A DNA stretch of 64,000 nt, taken from the IMG/VR virus record IMGVR_UViG_3300030419_005541, positions 1 to 64,000 of that record; one strand, 5' to 3'. Position numbers and translations under genes: made by a program. Below are positions 1-8,404 of this stretch, one piece after another. The stretch is from a virus. The notes beneath the pieces were generated by a model. That model saw only the letters and a list, made by a program, of their open reading frames with translations, was not told where the DNA came from and ran no database searches. The first letter of the stretch is position 1. Every line of letters starts with the position of its first letter.

Positions 1-71
1 ACAAGAAAGAGATTAAAACTAAAGTAGAAGAGTTTAATTGGGGAGATATCAGTATACCTAAGAAGTTCTAA
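1..71 (+). CDS. 3' end of a gene entering the window (...KKEIKTKVEEFNWGDISIPKKF*)
   Basis: Open frame from base 3 to TAA at 69-71, followed by a T-rich intergenic region. Confidence 0.5.
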   Translation, partial: KKEIKTKVEEFNWGDISIPKKF

Positions 72-229
72 TTTTTTGTTATTTTTGACAAACCTCAAAT
101 TTACGAAACTTTGTGTATATAAGTCAAGTCTTTTTTTCAGACGATATAATCTTTTTCTTAGTTTTATTTTCAACTGAGTTGACAATCCAAACCGGAGCTA
201 AAAAACTTTAAAAAAAGTGAAAAAAAAGC

Positions 230-259
230 TTGACACGTATATGTTTTTATAGCTATATT
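230..259 (+). promoter_or_regulatory. Early sigma70-like promoter TTGACA-N18-TATATT driving a non-coding RNA candidate
   Basis: TTGACA 230-235, TATATT 254-259, A-rich UP element; same motif recurs 14 times in the window. Confidence 0.8.
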
Positions 260-264
260 TAGAC

Positions 265-508
265 GTTGATTGAGATGATTACTTGACGAGGACTTAATTC
301 GATGCAGTGAGAACTTCTACGAGATTAAGTCGTTGAGATTGCACTTTCAAAGAAAGATAGCTTCTTAGTCTTTGAGTGACACGAGTACTGGATGAAAGGG
401 TTGCAATTGAGAGTTCGAGTCTCTCACATTCACAAAGAATCATCAATCTAAAAGAACGAGGCATCGTTTCAACAGAAGACTCAGAGTAATTAACTGAGTC
501 TTCTTTTT
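265..508 (+). ncRNA. Candidate structured ncRNA (~240 nt) with a tRNA-like T-arm module
   Basis: Lies between a promoter and an intrinsic terminator with no ORF. Closing helix 268-280/438-448, helix 291-298/324-331, T-arm TGAGAG-TTCGAGT-CTCTCA 408-426, GNRA hairpin AACGA-GGCA-TCGTT 455-468. Confidence 0.65.
474..508 (+). terminator. Rho-independent terminator
   Basis: AGAAGACTCAG (474-484) / CTGAGTCTTCT (494-504) perfect 11-bp stem followed by TTTT. Confidence 0.8.
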
Positions 509-614
509 ATATACAATAGTTTTGGACTTGGTCGCTATAATAATAATAAGCACCTCGTTTGTTAAATCACACATAGTGTGATACATACTATATAAATAAA
601 GATAAAGAAAATGC

Positions 615-644
615 TTGCCCTGTATATAGTTTTATGTGTATATT
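615..644 (+). promoter_or_regulatory. Early promoter TTGCCC-N18-TATATT
   Basis: Matches the window-wide TTGAC(A/C)YGTAT...TATATT family. Confidence 0.65.
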
Positions 645-650
645 CTTATA

Positions 651-1000
651 CAATCAGAGAGAACTAAAAAAGGAGTTACTAAGTGAACTAATGACATTAT
701 AAAGCTCGTGTCTTATCAGATATAGCGAGAGAGCTGAAACAAGTGTGAAAGAGCGTAAACACACAACGACAAACTACAAGTAGACGAGGCTGTAGAAGTA
801 CAGCCTTTTCTGCTATCTACTCACACGACAAAAACACACAACGACTTTTTCGTGAACTCAGCGGGGGAGGTGCTATTTGACCCGCTCAAACTCGTTTTCC
901 TATCGCGGACAATTTTTTCACCTATAGGAGGTTGATAGTGGTTACCCATCAGGATGGTAAAAATAAATCAGCAAAATCGTATCCACCACCCTATATATTC
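651..1000 (+). other. Non-coding structured region (ncRNA or cis element)
   Basis: No ORF in the track. Hairpin AGGCTGTA-GAAG-TACAGCCT 787-806, AGCGGG/CCCGCT 860-886, direct repeat AAACACACAACGAC at 757-770 and 832-845. Confidence 0.4.
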
Positions 1001-1062
1001 GTGAACTTATATAATATTTATGAGTATGAATAGAATAACCAAACAAGAAAGAGGAAACAATC

Positions 1063-1407
1063 ATGGAACAGATTCTACAAAAGGTTGTGGGAGAATATTC
1101 ATGGTTACTAATAAGTGGAATAGTTATCTTACTATTTCAGAATACCATCAGAGAAGCAGTAGATGGTATAATGGTTTTCTTGGGTAATGACTATAATGAG
1201 GATGATGTTGTTGAAGTAGACGGAGACCCAGGTCGTATAGTACGTGTAGGAATGTGGAAGACCGTATTCTTTATCTATCACGTAAAGAATGGAATGATAG
1301 TTGGTGGCAGTAAATTAGTTGTGGCTAATTCTAAACTTAAAGACCTTAAGATAGAGAAGCCCCTGCCTAATTTAGATTTGTCTAAGTATCAGGAAACTAA
1401 AAAATGA
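1063..1407 (+). CDS. Membrane protein with MscS-like beta-domain
   Basis: One TM helix, then YNEDDVVEVDGDPGRIVRVGMWKT resembling the MscS F..GD.I.....G.V..IG...T motif. Confidence 0.55.
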   Translation: MEQILQKVVGEYSWLLISGIVILLFQNTIREAVDGIMVFLGNDYNEDDVVEVDGDPGRIVRVGMWKTVFFIYHVKNGMIVGGSKLVVANSKLKDLKIEKPLPNLDLSKYQETKK

Positions 1408-1595
1408 TTAGGCTCCTGAAGTCTATATTACTATATGAATTAAGAATGCCAAAGTTATTTAAGTCAAGAGAAGATGTGTTGAGATGGTTAAACTCACGAA
1501 AGCCTTTATCTCAACGCATCCGGGAGTATAACCGATTACATACGTAGTGTCCTTGTGTATGGATAAACATATTTAGGTATCCACGAATTTTCCGG

Positions 1596-1625
1596 TTGTC
1601 CTATATAGTATTTCGTTGTTAACTT
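1596..1625 (+). promoter_or_regulatory. Early promoter TTGTCC-N18-TAACTT, probably giving a leaderless mRNA
   Basis: CCGGTTGTCC context; ATG at 1632 lies 6 nt after the -10 box with no SD. Confidence 0.55.
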
Positions 1626-1631
1626 CTCATT

Positions 1632-2090
1632 ATGAACAATGCCGATTACGAAAACAATAAACGTATTTGTCGTGACTTGCGTAAAATACTCTCCGACACA
1701 TTGTATACGCCACAACCGCCAAATGAATATACTCGTATGTTATCTTCTATGTTACAACAACTTCATTCTATCCAAGGTGCATTTCGTAAAGAGAAAACTA
1801 ACATACCATTTAAAACGTTATCTAAGAAACAGATGGCCGTTGTTGATAAAGCCATTGTTAAGTATAAGAAATGGTTAACTAAAGATTCTGATGATGCCAA
1901 CTTTATATCTAATAAGAATGAACAGATGAGAAAGTTAAATAGTCTATTATCAATATGTGACCAATTCGATAGTAACAGAAAGATTATATTCTCTATGATA
2001 AACCAATTAGAGAAGAGAAAACTATTACTGACCAATAAACAAAAGTTATTGTGTAATAAAATGTTTAAAGAAATTAAAAAAACCGGTTGA
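1632..2090 (+). CDS. Hypothetical basic protein
   Basis: 152-aa ORF directly after a promoter. Confidence 0.6.
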   Translation: MNNADYENNKRICRDLRKILSDTLYTPQPPNEYTRMLSSMLQQLHSIQGAFRKEKTNIPFKTLSKKQMAVVDKAIVKYKKWLTKDSDDANFISNKNEQMRKLNSLLSICDQFDSNRKIIFSMINQLEKRKLLLTNKQKLLCNKMFKEIKKTG

Positions 2091-2116
2091 CCTGTATTGG
2101 TTTTTATCACTATATT
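2087..2116 (+). promoter_or_regulatory. Early promoter TTGACC-N18-TATATT
   Basis: AAAAAACCGGTTGACCTGTATTGGTTTTTATCACTATATT. Confidence 0.8.
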
Positions 2117-2145
2117 TAGGTGTTATGAGAGACAAAAGGAGTTTT

Positions 2146-4137
2146 ATGTTTAATAGATTTACTGACAAAGGTTCGAGATATTCTTCGTTTTGGAGAACTG
2201 ATTTCGATACTGCGTCTATCTTTGATGACTTAGATTCATCTGAAGATAAACCAAAACGTAAGGGTAAAGATATTGTTGCTCTTGCGGCTCATCGTAGAGC
2301 CATTGCGAACTTTGTTCGTATCTGTACTTCTAAAGATATTCCTGTTCAATTCACAAGTGGTGGTGATTCTTATACTGATGGTGAGAAGGTTGTGTTGAGT
2401 GGTTCTGTTAATGATAAGAATTTTGATTCAACCGTTGGTCTTGCTCTTCACGAAGCATCTCACATCGTCAAGACCGATTTCGATGCTCTGAAAGATTTCA
2501 TTTTTAATCTACGTCACAATCTTGATGTTCCTAATGAAGATATTATGAATATCAAATCTATCGCCAATTATATCGAGGACAGAAGGATTGACTTTTATAT
2601 GTACAAGTCAGCCCCGGGATATATGGGTTACTATGATTCGATGTATGATAAGTACTTTCACTCTAAGCATATTGACAAAGCTCTCAAGTCTAATCATTGG
2701 GATGAGCAGACTTATGAGAACTATATGAATCACATTATTAATTTTACTAATATCAATCGTAATCTTGATTGTCTTCCAGGACTTCGTGAGATTTACAAAA
2801 TGATTGATATGAGAAATATTTCTCGACTCTCTAACACACAGGAAGTGCTTGAGTTGGCAAAGGAGATTCACGAGTTTATTATGAATCAACTTCCAACTCA
2901 AGATGCTTCTCAAGATGGTGAGGGTGAAGATTCTCAAGGACAAGATGGTGATGACTCTCAAGGCGGTAGTGGTGATGGTGACGGTACTGAAGTTGATTCA
3001 GGTGATAAGGAGATGACTCCTTCTGATGATGCTCAGACATCTAACTCTTCTGATTTGTCTGACCGTCAAAAGAAAATGATTGACAATGCTGTAGAGAAGC
3101 AAAAAGATTTTATCAATGATGGTCCACGTAAAACTAAGTTGTCTAAAAAAGATGCAAAGGCTGTCAATGCGATGGACAAGGCTGAGGCTCAAATTCACGA
3201 GGCAGGTGAGAAGTATGATGCTGATTATTATCGTAGGAGTGGTATCACAAGAGTTATCGAAATGGACTTAACAAAGTCTGCTGTTGAAAACGGACTCATT
3301 CCTTGTGCTTCTTCTCATCATTATTATAATACTGATAAAAGGCAAGAGGTCATTAACAAAGGTTTGAGTATGGGAACTATCTTAGGTCGTAAACTAAAGA
3401 TACGTAACGAGGAAACTTCAATTAAGAATACTCGCAGAGATACAGGACGTATCGATAGAAGATTGATTGCTGAGTTAGGTTTCGGTAATGATAGAGTTTT
3501 CTCTAATACTTTCAAGACCGAATACTCTGATGCTTTCATTCACATTAGCATTGATGTTTCAGGTTCAATGAGTGGTGACAAGTTTGACCAAGCGATGGTG
3601 AGTGCAGTAGCAGTTGCGAAGGCTTGTTCAATGATTGAAGGTATTGATGTGAAAATTAGTTTGAGGACTACTACTAATGATTACACTTATGGTCAATGTC
3701 TTCCATTCATTTTGAATGCTTATGATTCTCGTAAAGATTCAATTCAGAAAATCAAATCTATGTTTTGGATGTTACAATCATCAGGAACTACTCCTGAAGG
3801 ATTGTGTTTCGAGGCTGTTATGAAATCTATCATTAATGATTCAAAAGGTAAAGATTCTTACTTTGTGAACTATTCAGATGGAATGCCAATGTTCGGAAAC
3901 AATGACATCGAATATTATCACGATGGTGCTTTGAATCACACTAAGTCTCAGGTCGATACAATGAAGAGAAATGGTATCAAGGTTCTTTCTTATTTCATTG
4001 GTGGTGTTTACTCTGAGGAAGATGGTAGAGAATCAAGGGACTTTAAAAGAATGTATGGTTCAGATGCTCAGTACATTAATGTACAAAATGTATCAGCAGT
4101 CGCAAGAACTATCAATAAGAAAATGTTAGCTCAGTAA
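2146..4137 (+). CDS. vWA-domain protein with N-terminal HExxH domain (CobT-like MoxR partner)
   Basis: LHEASH motif, acidic linker, MIDAS DVSGS, GTTPEG, SDGMP; SD AAAAGGAG before ATG 2146. Confidence 0.85.
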   Translation: MFNRFTDKGSRYSSFWRTDFDTASIFDDLDSSEDKPKRKGKDIVALAAHRRAIANFVRICTSKDIPVQFTSGGDSYTDGEKVVLSGSVNDKNFDSTVGLALHEASHIVKTDFDALKDFIFNLRHNLDVPNEDIMNIKSIANYIEDRRIDFYMYKSAPGYMGYYDSMYDKYFHSKHIDKALKSNHWDEQTYENYMNHIINFTNINRNLDCLPGLREIYKMIDMRNISRLSNTQEVLELAKEIHEFIMNQLPTQDASQDGEGEDSQGQDGDDSQGGSGDGDGTEVDSGDKEMTPSDDAQTSNSSDLSDRQKKMIDNAVEKQKDFINDGPRKTKLSKKDAKAVNAMDKAEAQIHEAGEKYDADYYRRSGITRVIEMDLTKSAVENGLIPCASSHHYYNTDKRQEVINKGLSMGTILGRKLKIRNEETSIKNTRRDTGRIDRRLIAELGFGNDRVFSNTFKTEYSDAFIHISIDVSGSMSGDKFDQAMVSAVAVAKACSMIEGIDVKISLRTTTNDYTYGQCLPFILNAYDSRKDSIQKIKSMFWMLQSSGTTPEGLCFEAVMKSIINDSKGKDSYFVNYSDGMPMFGNNDIEYYHDGALNHTKSQVDTMKRNGIKVLSYFIGGVYSEEDGRESRDFKRMYGSDAQYINVQNVSAVARTINKKMLAQ

Positions 4138-4258
4138 TGAGAAATAAAATTAAAAAACTAATAGCGGAACACGTTAAGAAAATGAGAAGGTCAATGTCCT
4201 GGTCAGGTGAGAATGATTATGTGGTGGAAAAAATAATGAAAATAATTGAAAAAAAAGG

Positions 4259-4288
4259 TTGACCTGTATTAGTTTTTATGCTTATATT
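4259..4288 (+). promoter_or_regulatory. Early promoter TTGACC-N18-TATATT
   Basis: Same conserved motif. Confidence 0.8.
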
Positions 4289-4323
4289 TAGTTGTTATTC
4301 AAGAGATAAAAAAAGGAGTTCGA

Positions 4324-5490
4324 ATGAATAAATATCCAATGTTAATCAAAGTTGAAAGTGTGAATGGCAAGTTAGTCGCCATCGACTCTCAAAATAATGA
4401 TGTGACCGATATGGTCTCATACAGCACTCGGAAGAAGGCTGTTACTAACAATACTGCTCTTTACAAAGCAGATGAAAATTCAAAACTAAAGCAGGTAGCG
4501 TTAGAAGAGTTCGATAGAGCTTCTAATGTTCCTGTTGCTAATGAACCTGTTGATGTTCCTGATGAACAAGCAGAAGTGATGAATTTCATTTCTAATTCTT
4601 ACTCACTAAAGCCTGAGTCGCTTGTGATGAAAGAACTGAAGTGGAAGTATCTCATTCGGTCTGCTGTTCGTGGTCGTAACATTATGATGACAGGTCCTGC
4701 GGGTTGTGGTAAGACAATGGCCGCTAAGTCACTTGTCAATTCACTTGATAGACCTGACTTCTATTTTAATCTTGGAGCGACTCAAGACCCAAGAGCAACT
4801 CTAATTGGTAACACTCACTTTGATTCTGAGAAAGGTACTTACTTTTCTGAGGCATTGTTTGTCAAGGCGATTCAGACTCCTAATGCGGTTATTCTTCTTG
4901 ATGAGTTGACAAGGGCTCATCCTGATGCTTGGAATATTCTGATGACCGTTCTTGACCAAGGTCAAAGATATTTGAGACTTGACGAGGCTCAAGGTCAGGC
5001 GACTATTGAGGTAGCAGATGGAGTTACTTTCATTGCGACAGCAAACATAGGTAACGAATACACAGCGACTCGTACTCTTGACAAAGCATTGATGGACAGA
5101 TTCATTGTTGTTGAGATGGACTTGTTGAATGACTCTGAAGAGAAAGGTCTTCTTCAATATATGTTTCCTAATGTTGATTCGGATGAGTTAGGAAAGGTTG
5201 CAGAGATTGCTCACTTGACTCGTGTCGAGGCGATGTCCGAGAATGGTCGATTTACTTCAGGAGTTTCAACAAGGACTTCTGTTGAGATAGCAGGTCTTCT
5301 CTATGATGGCTTCTCACTTCAAGAGTCGGCTGAAGTATGTATCTACCCTCAGTACTCTGCTGATGGTGGGGCTGACTCAGAGAGAACTTTCGTCAAGCAG
5401 TTAGTTCAAAAGTATGTCGGTGAAGAAGGTGATGGTAATCTGTTCAATGATGTTGAGGATGAGGATAGTAGCGACAACGTAAGAGTCTAA
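4324..5490 (+). CDS. MoxR/CbbQ/CobS-family AAA+ ATPase
   Basis: Walker A GPAGCGKT, Walker B ILLDE, ATAN sensor, DKALMDRF; adjacent to the vWA gene. Confidence 0.9.
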   Translation: MNKYPMLIKVESVNGKLVAIDSQNNDVTDMVSYSTRKKAVTNNTALYKADENSKLKQVALEEFDRASNVPVANEPVDVPDEQAEVMNFISNSYSLKPESLVMKELKWKYLIRSAVRGRNIMMTGPAGCGKTMAAKSLVNSLDRPDFYFNLGATQDPRATLIGNTHFDSEKGTYFSEALFVKAIQTPNAVILLDELTRAHPDAWNILMTVLDQGQRYLRLDEAQGQATIEVADGVTFIATANIGNEYTATRTLDKALMDRFIVVEMDLLNDSEEKGLLQYMFPNVDSDELGKVAEIAHLTRVEAMSENGRFTSGVSTRTSVEIAGLLYDGFSLQESAEVCIYPQYSADGGADSERTFVKQLVQKYVGEEGDGNLFNDVEDEDSSDNVRV

Positions 5491-5505
5491 ATACAGACTC
5501 TCTTT

Positions 5506-5546
5506 AAGGGCCAGGTTTTACTCCTTTTTTTTCCTGGCCCTTTTTT
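5506..5546 (+). terminator. Terminator hairpin with anti-SD-like loop
   Basis: AAGGGCCAGG/CCTGGCCCTT stem, loop TTTTACTCCTTTTTTTT, T-tract. Confidence 0.75.
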
Positions 5547-5597
5547 GCATCCGGAATAAAAGGAAGTTTTTTGAAATTTAACTCTATTTATTATTAA

Positions 5598-5685
5598 TAG
5601 ATTTTGAGTGGGTTTGTGGTAGTCAAACTCACGGTGGTAGTGCCCCGGGTCTTTTATACTCCTTTCTCCTGGGGCACGTTTTTTT
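5598..5685 (+). ncRNA. Candidate small RNA with anti-Shine-Dalgarno loop
   Basis: Follows TATTTAT motif (5585). Hairpin GTGGGTTTG/CAAACTCAC 5608-5632; terminator GTGCCCCGGG/CCTGGGGCAC 5640-5677 with loop TATACTCCTTT and T7. Confidence 0.5.
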
Positions 5686-5707
5686 AATTGAAAGGATGGA
5701 GTGTGTT

Positions 5708-6094
5708 ATGGGAAAACAAGTTTACAAGCATGGTTATAGTTGTAAGTTAGATAGAGTAGTTGATGGTGATACCTGTGATGCTTATATCGATTTAGGATTT
5801 GATGTTTGGGTTAAATCAAGAATTAGGTTCTATGGTGTTGATACTTGGGAAAGTAGAACAAGAGATTTAGCAGAAAAGGAAAAGGGATTAGCGGCAAAGG
5901 CTTACGTAAAAGATTTATTAGAAAATTCTGATGATGGTAAGTTTAGTATTATATCGCATGGTCGCGGTAAGTATGGAAGAGTCTTGGGAGAGATTTTTGT
6001 TAAAGGTCACGACAAATCAGTAAATGAATTACTTAAAGAAAACGGACACGCATACGAATATCACGGAGAAAAAAAGAAAGTCTTCGGAGAATAA
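5708..6094 (+). CDS. Staphylococcal nuclease (thermonuclease)-like protein
   Basis: VVDGDT, RIRFYGVDT.E, GKYGRVLG, VNE.L.ENG motifs. Confidence 0.9.
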   Translation: MGKQVYKHGYSCKLDRVVDGDTCDAYIDLGFDVWVKSRIRFYGVDTWESRTRDLAEKEKGLAAKAYVKDLLENSDDGKFSIISHGRGKYGRVLGEIFVKGHDKSVNELLKENGHAYEYHGEKKKVFGE

Positions 6095-6683
6095 TTTTTA
6101 TTGGGAAATTATTCCAAACGTCCTATCTTCTATTGAAGTACAGCAATTAAGACATATCGCTCTTAAAGCTAAAGACTTAGTTCTCAAATATAATAAAACT
6201 AAGAAAACTATTGGTAGTCCAAAGTATTGGCGTGGACTTGATATGGCGAGTAAGGATATTAATTTACATAAGTATTACCGCTCTTATCTTAATAACACTA
6301 TCCATTCCAAACGTTACACAAAAATAGCATCAGAGTATTTAAATCCTTTATATCTTTTCAATGACCAATTAGTTACTAAACTACCTAATGAAAACTTTTC
6401 TTTTGATATACATTATGATAATCAATTTGATATTGGAGATGATTATAATGGTATAACCTTAATGTTAATCTTAGATGACTTTACAAGTGTAAATGGTACG
6501 ATACAATGTTATGCGGGTGAGTGGGTAACTCTTTATCCTAAAGAAGGTGACATACTTGTTTTAAACGGAACTACCAAACACAGGTCTTCTATAAATCGTA
6601 GTAAAGATTCTCGCTCTACTTATATTCTACATTATACAGATGGTTTTATAAATCCACGTTTCCATAATGAAAGGTTAGTATAA
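6024..6683 (+). CDS. PhyH-like 2OG-Fe(II) dioxygenase (start uncertain)
   Basis: HYD, LDDFTSVNGT, GDILVLNGTTKHRSSINRS..SR; first in-frame ATG overlaps the upstream gene by ~70 nt. Confidence 0.75.
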   Translation: MNYLKKTDTHTNITEKKRKSSENNFYWEIIPNVLSSIEVQQLRHIALKAKDLVLKYNKTKKTIGSPKYWRGLDMASKDINLHKYYRSYLNNTIHSKRYTKIASEYLNPLYLFNDQLVTKLPNENFSFDIHYDNQFDIGDDYNGITLMLILDDFTSVNGTIQCYAGEWVTLYPKEGDILVLNGTTKHRSSINRSKDSRSTYILHYTDGFINPRFHNERLV

Positions 6684-7495
6684 TGTTTTTATCTGTAGTA
6701 GCTTGTTTCCGGAATGAATCTCATATACTTGAGGAATGGATTGAACATTATCTTAATGAAGGTGTAGACCAATTTATATTATGTGCTAACAGGAATGATG
6801 ATGACTATAAACATATAACGGACCGATATGACAATATTATAATGTATACTGATGATTCTGAATCTATACAATTAGAATGTAAACCACCACACAATAAATA
6901 CGGACCTAATATCTATTCTAAAATGATTTATGAAAATGATAGTGAATGGTTTATGATAGTTGATTTAGATGAGTTTATGTACTCAAGAGGAAAATATAAA
7001 ACTATAAAAGATTTATTAAAAGAACGTGGTTCAGAGTTCGACCAACTTATCGTGCCTAACCTTACGTTCCATAACAAGTTTCCAAATGAAATTAAAACAC
7101 AACCGGAAAGTGTTGTAGATACATTTACCAAATCTTCTTATAAAGACTTAGTAAAATCTATTGTTAAAAAAGAATCTTTACTTAGATGTTATTTACACGA
7201 ACATATAGTAAAAGGAAAAAGTGTTTGTGCTAATCTAAAAGATAGTTATGATTTACAATCTCCGTGGAAAGATAAAGATAAATGGAGAGAATACCCTACA
7301 GGAGAAGTTTTTATACATTCTAATCATTATAGATATCAAAGTAAAGATTTCTTTTTCAATACAAAAACTAATAGAGGATATGCGGATAGGGTGGATAATC
7401 ATAATAGATTAGAAGAGTGGCATTCTGCGAATAACTTAGATTATACAGACGATTTTCAATTAAAAAATAAAAAGAAAATGTATAAAAGAAAATAA
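6683..7495 (+). CDS. Glycosyltransferase (GT2/GT92-like)
   Basis: FRNE..ILEEWIEHYL..GVD.F, W...VDLDEF, KSIV, NHY. Confidence 0.85.
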   Translation: MFLSVVACFRNESHILEEWIEHYLNEGVDQFILCANRNDDDYKHITDRYDNIIMYTDDSESIQLECKPPHNKYGPNIYSKMIYENDSEWFMIVDLDEFMYSRGKYKTIKDLLKERGSEFDQLIVPNLTFHNKFPNEIKTQPESVVDTFTKSSYKDLVKSIVKKESLLRCYLHEHIVKGKSVCANLKDSYDLQSPWKDKDKWREYPTGEVFIHSNHYRYQSKDFFFNTKTNRGYADRVDNHNRLEEWHSANNLDYTDDFQLKNKKKMYKRK

Positions 7496-7540
7496 GATTA
7501 TATTTATATTAGAACAACAAACTTACTTTAGGAGTAAACA

Positions 7541-7924
7541 ATGTTTGATAAATTTATTATTACATACGATGAAAACGGTAACTTCACAAGTTCCGCTCAT
7601 CCTAATGGTTGGAGTGAACAATTCTCAGGTTCATTTGCTGACCGTGCTTCCGTTCTTAAAGCTCAGATACAAGGATACTATCCTACTGCTTCAGTTGATT
7701 TAGTTTCAACAGGTTCTTCTGATTTTATTGTCGCTTGTCAAGTAGCAGATGGCGATGTAAGAAGTATATGGAATCGTCAAGAGCAAAGTAAATTTGATAC
7801 AGAAGATTACATTGCACAAGGATTGAGTACGAACAGAGTGATATATCAAACTATTCATAACGGGACTTTAGCTAAGTCTTGTGATAAATGGGTTGGCATA
7901 TATACCGCATCAATAGCTGAGTAA
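7541..7924 (+). CDS. Hypothetical protein (possibly virion-associated)
   Basis: TATTTATA motif at 7501, SD TAGGAG; SGS/TGS/TAS motifs like the structural genes. Confidence 0.65.
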   Translation: MFDKFIITYDENGNFTSSAHPNGWSEQFSGSFADRASVLKAQIQGYYPTASVDLVSTGSSDFIVACQVADGDVRSIWNRQEQSKFDTEDYIAQGLSTNRVIYQTIHNGTLAKSCDKWVGIYTASIAE

Positions 7925-7954
7925 ACAATAAAACAATAAAATAAGAGGTTATAA

Positions 7955-8134
7955 ATGAGTAGACGAAAAATTTCTACCTTGTTAAAGGGTGAGAAACGTT
8001 TGGAGAATGAGTCCTATGAGGAATTCAAACTTAGACGTAAAGCAGAGAAATTATTATTAAAACAATATCTTAAAGGGCAACCTGTTGAACCTACACAAGG
8101 TGTTCCAAGAGAAAATCTAACATCTTGGAAATGA
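7955..8134 (+). CDS. Small basic hypothetical protein (59 aa, not in ORF track)
   Basis: SD GAGG; MSRRKISTLLKGEKRLENESYEEFKLRRK...; ATGA overlap with next gene. Confidence 0.6.
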   Translation: MSRRKISTLLKGEKRLENESYEEFKLRRKAEKLLLKQYLKGQPVEPTQGVPRENLTSWK

Positions 8135-8307
8135 AACAAAAACTCAAACTAAAAGAAACTTACTTCTCACATAACGGAACTCTGTATAAAGGTGATAAAG
8201 TTCTCACTACAGACCCTATGTGGATGACTAAAGATATTGTCAAAGTGACAGACTTGTCAGGAAGAATTTACAGATTAGAAAGTAAGTTACTGACAGATAG
8301 TCACTAA
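8131..8307 (+). CDS. Small hypothetical protein
   Basis: ATGA-coupled ORF. Confidence 0.55.
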   Translation: MKQKLKLKETYFSHNGTLYKGDKVLTTDPMWMTKDIVKVTDLSGRIYRLESKLLTDSH

Positions 8308-8314
8308 ATTCTTA

Positions 8315-8332
8315 TTAGTATACTTTTTGTAT
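8315..8332 (+). promoter_or_regulatory. Sigma54-like -24/-12 element upstream of hsp20
   Basis: TTAGTATACTTTTTGTAT, 17/18 identical to 30773-30790; upstream TGACA-N-(T/A)GTCA palindromes at 8246-8259 and 8291-8303. Confidence 0.45.
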
Positions 8333-8404
8333 ATAATATAGTAACGAATCGCTCAAGTGAGGATTCGAGTTAGTTCAAATGAATAACAACATAGGAGAAA
8401 TAAA

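Noticed and set aside
389-436. Canonical tRNA or tmRNA gene at the GTTCGAGTC T-arm
   Set aside because: Only 13 nt separate the acceptor-like 5' strand and the T-arm, so there are no D or anticodon arms. No CCA and no tmRNA-like ends or tag frame are evident. Kept as a tRNA-like ncRNA instead.
757-845. CRISPR-like repeat AAACACACAACGAC
   Set aside because: Only two 14-bp copies 75 bp apart, and no cas genes in the window
8343-8371. CIRCE element upstream of hsp20
   Set aside because: The inverted repeat does not match TTAGCACTC-N9-GAGTGCTAA
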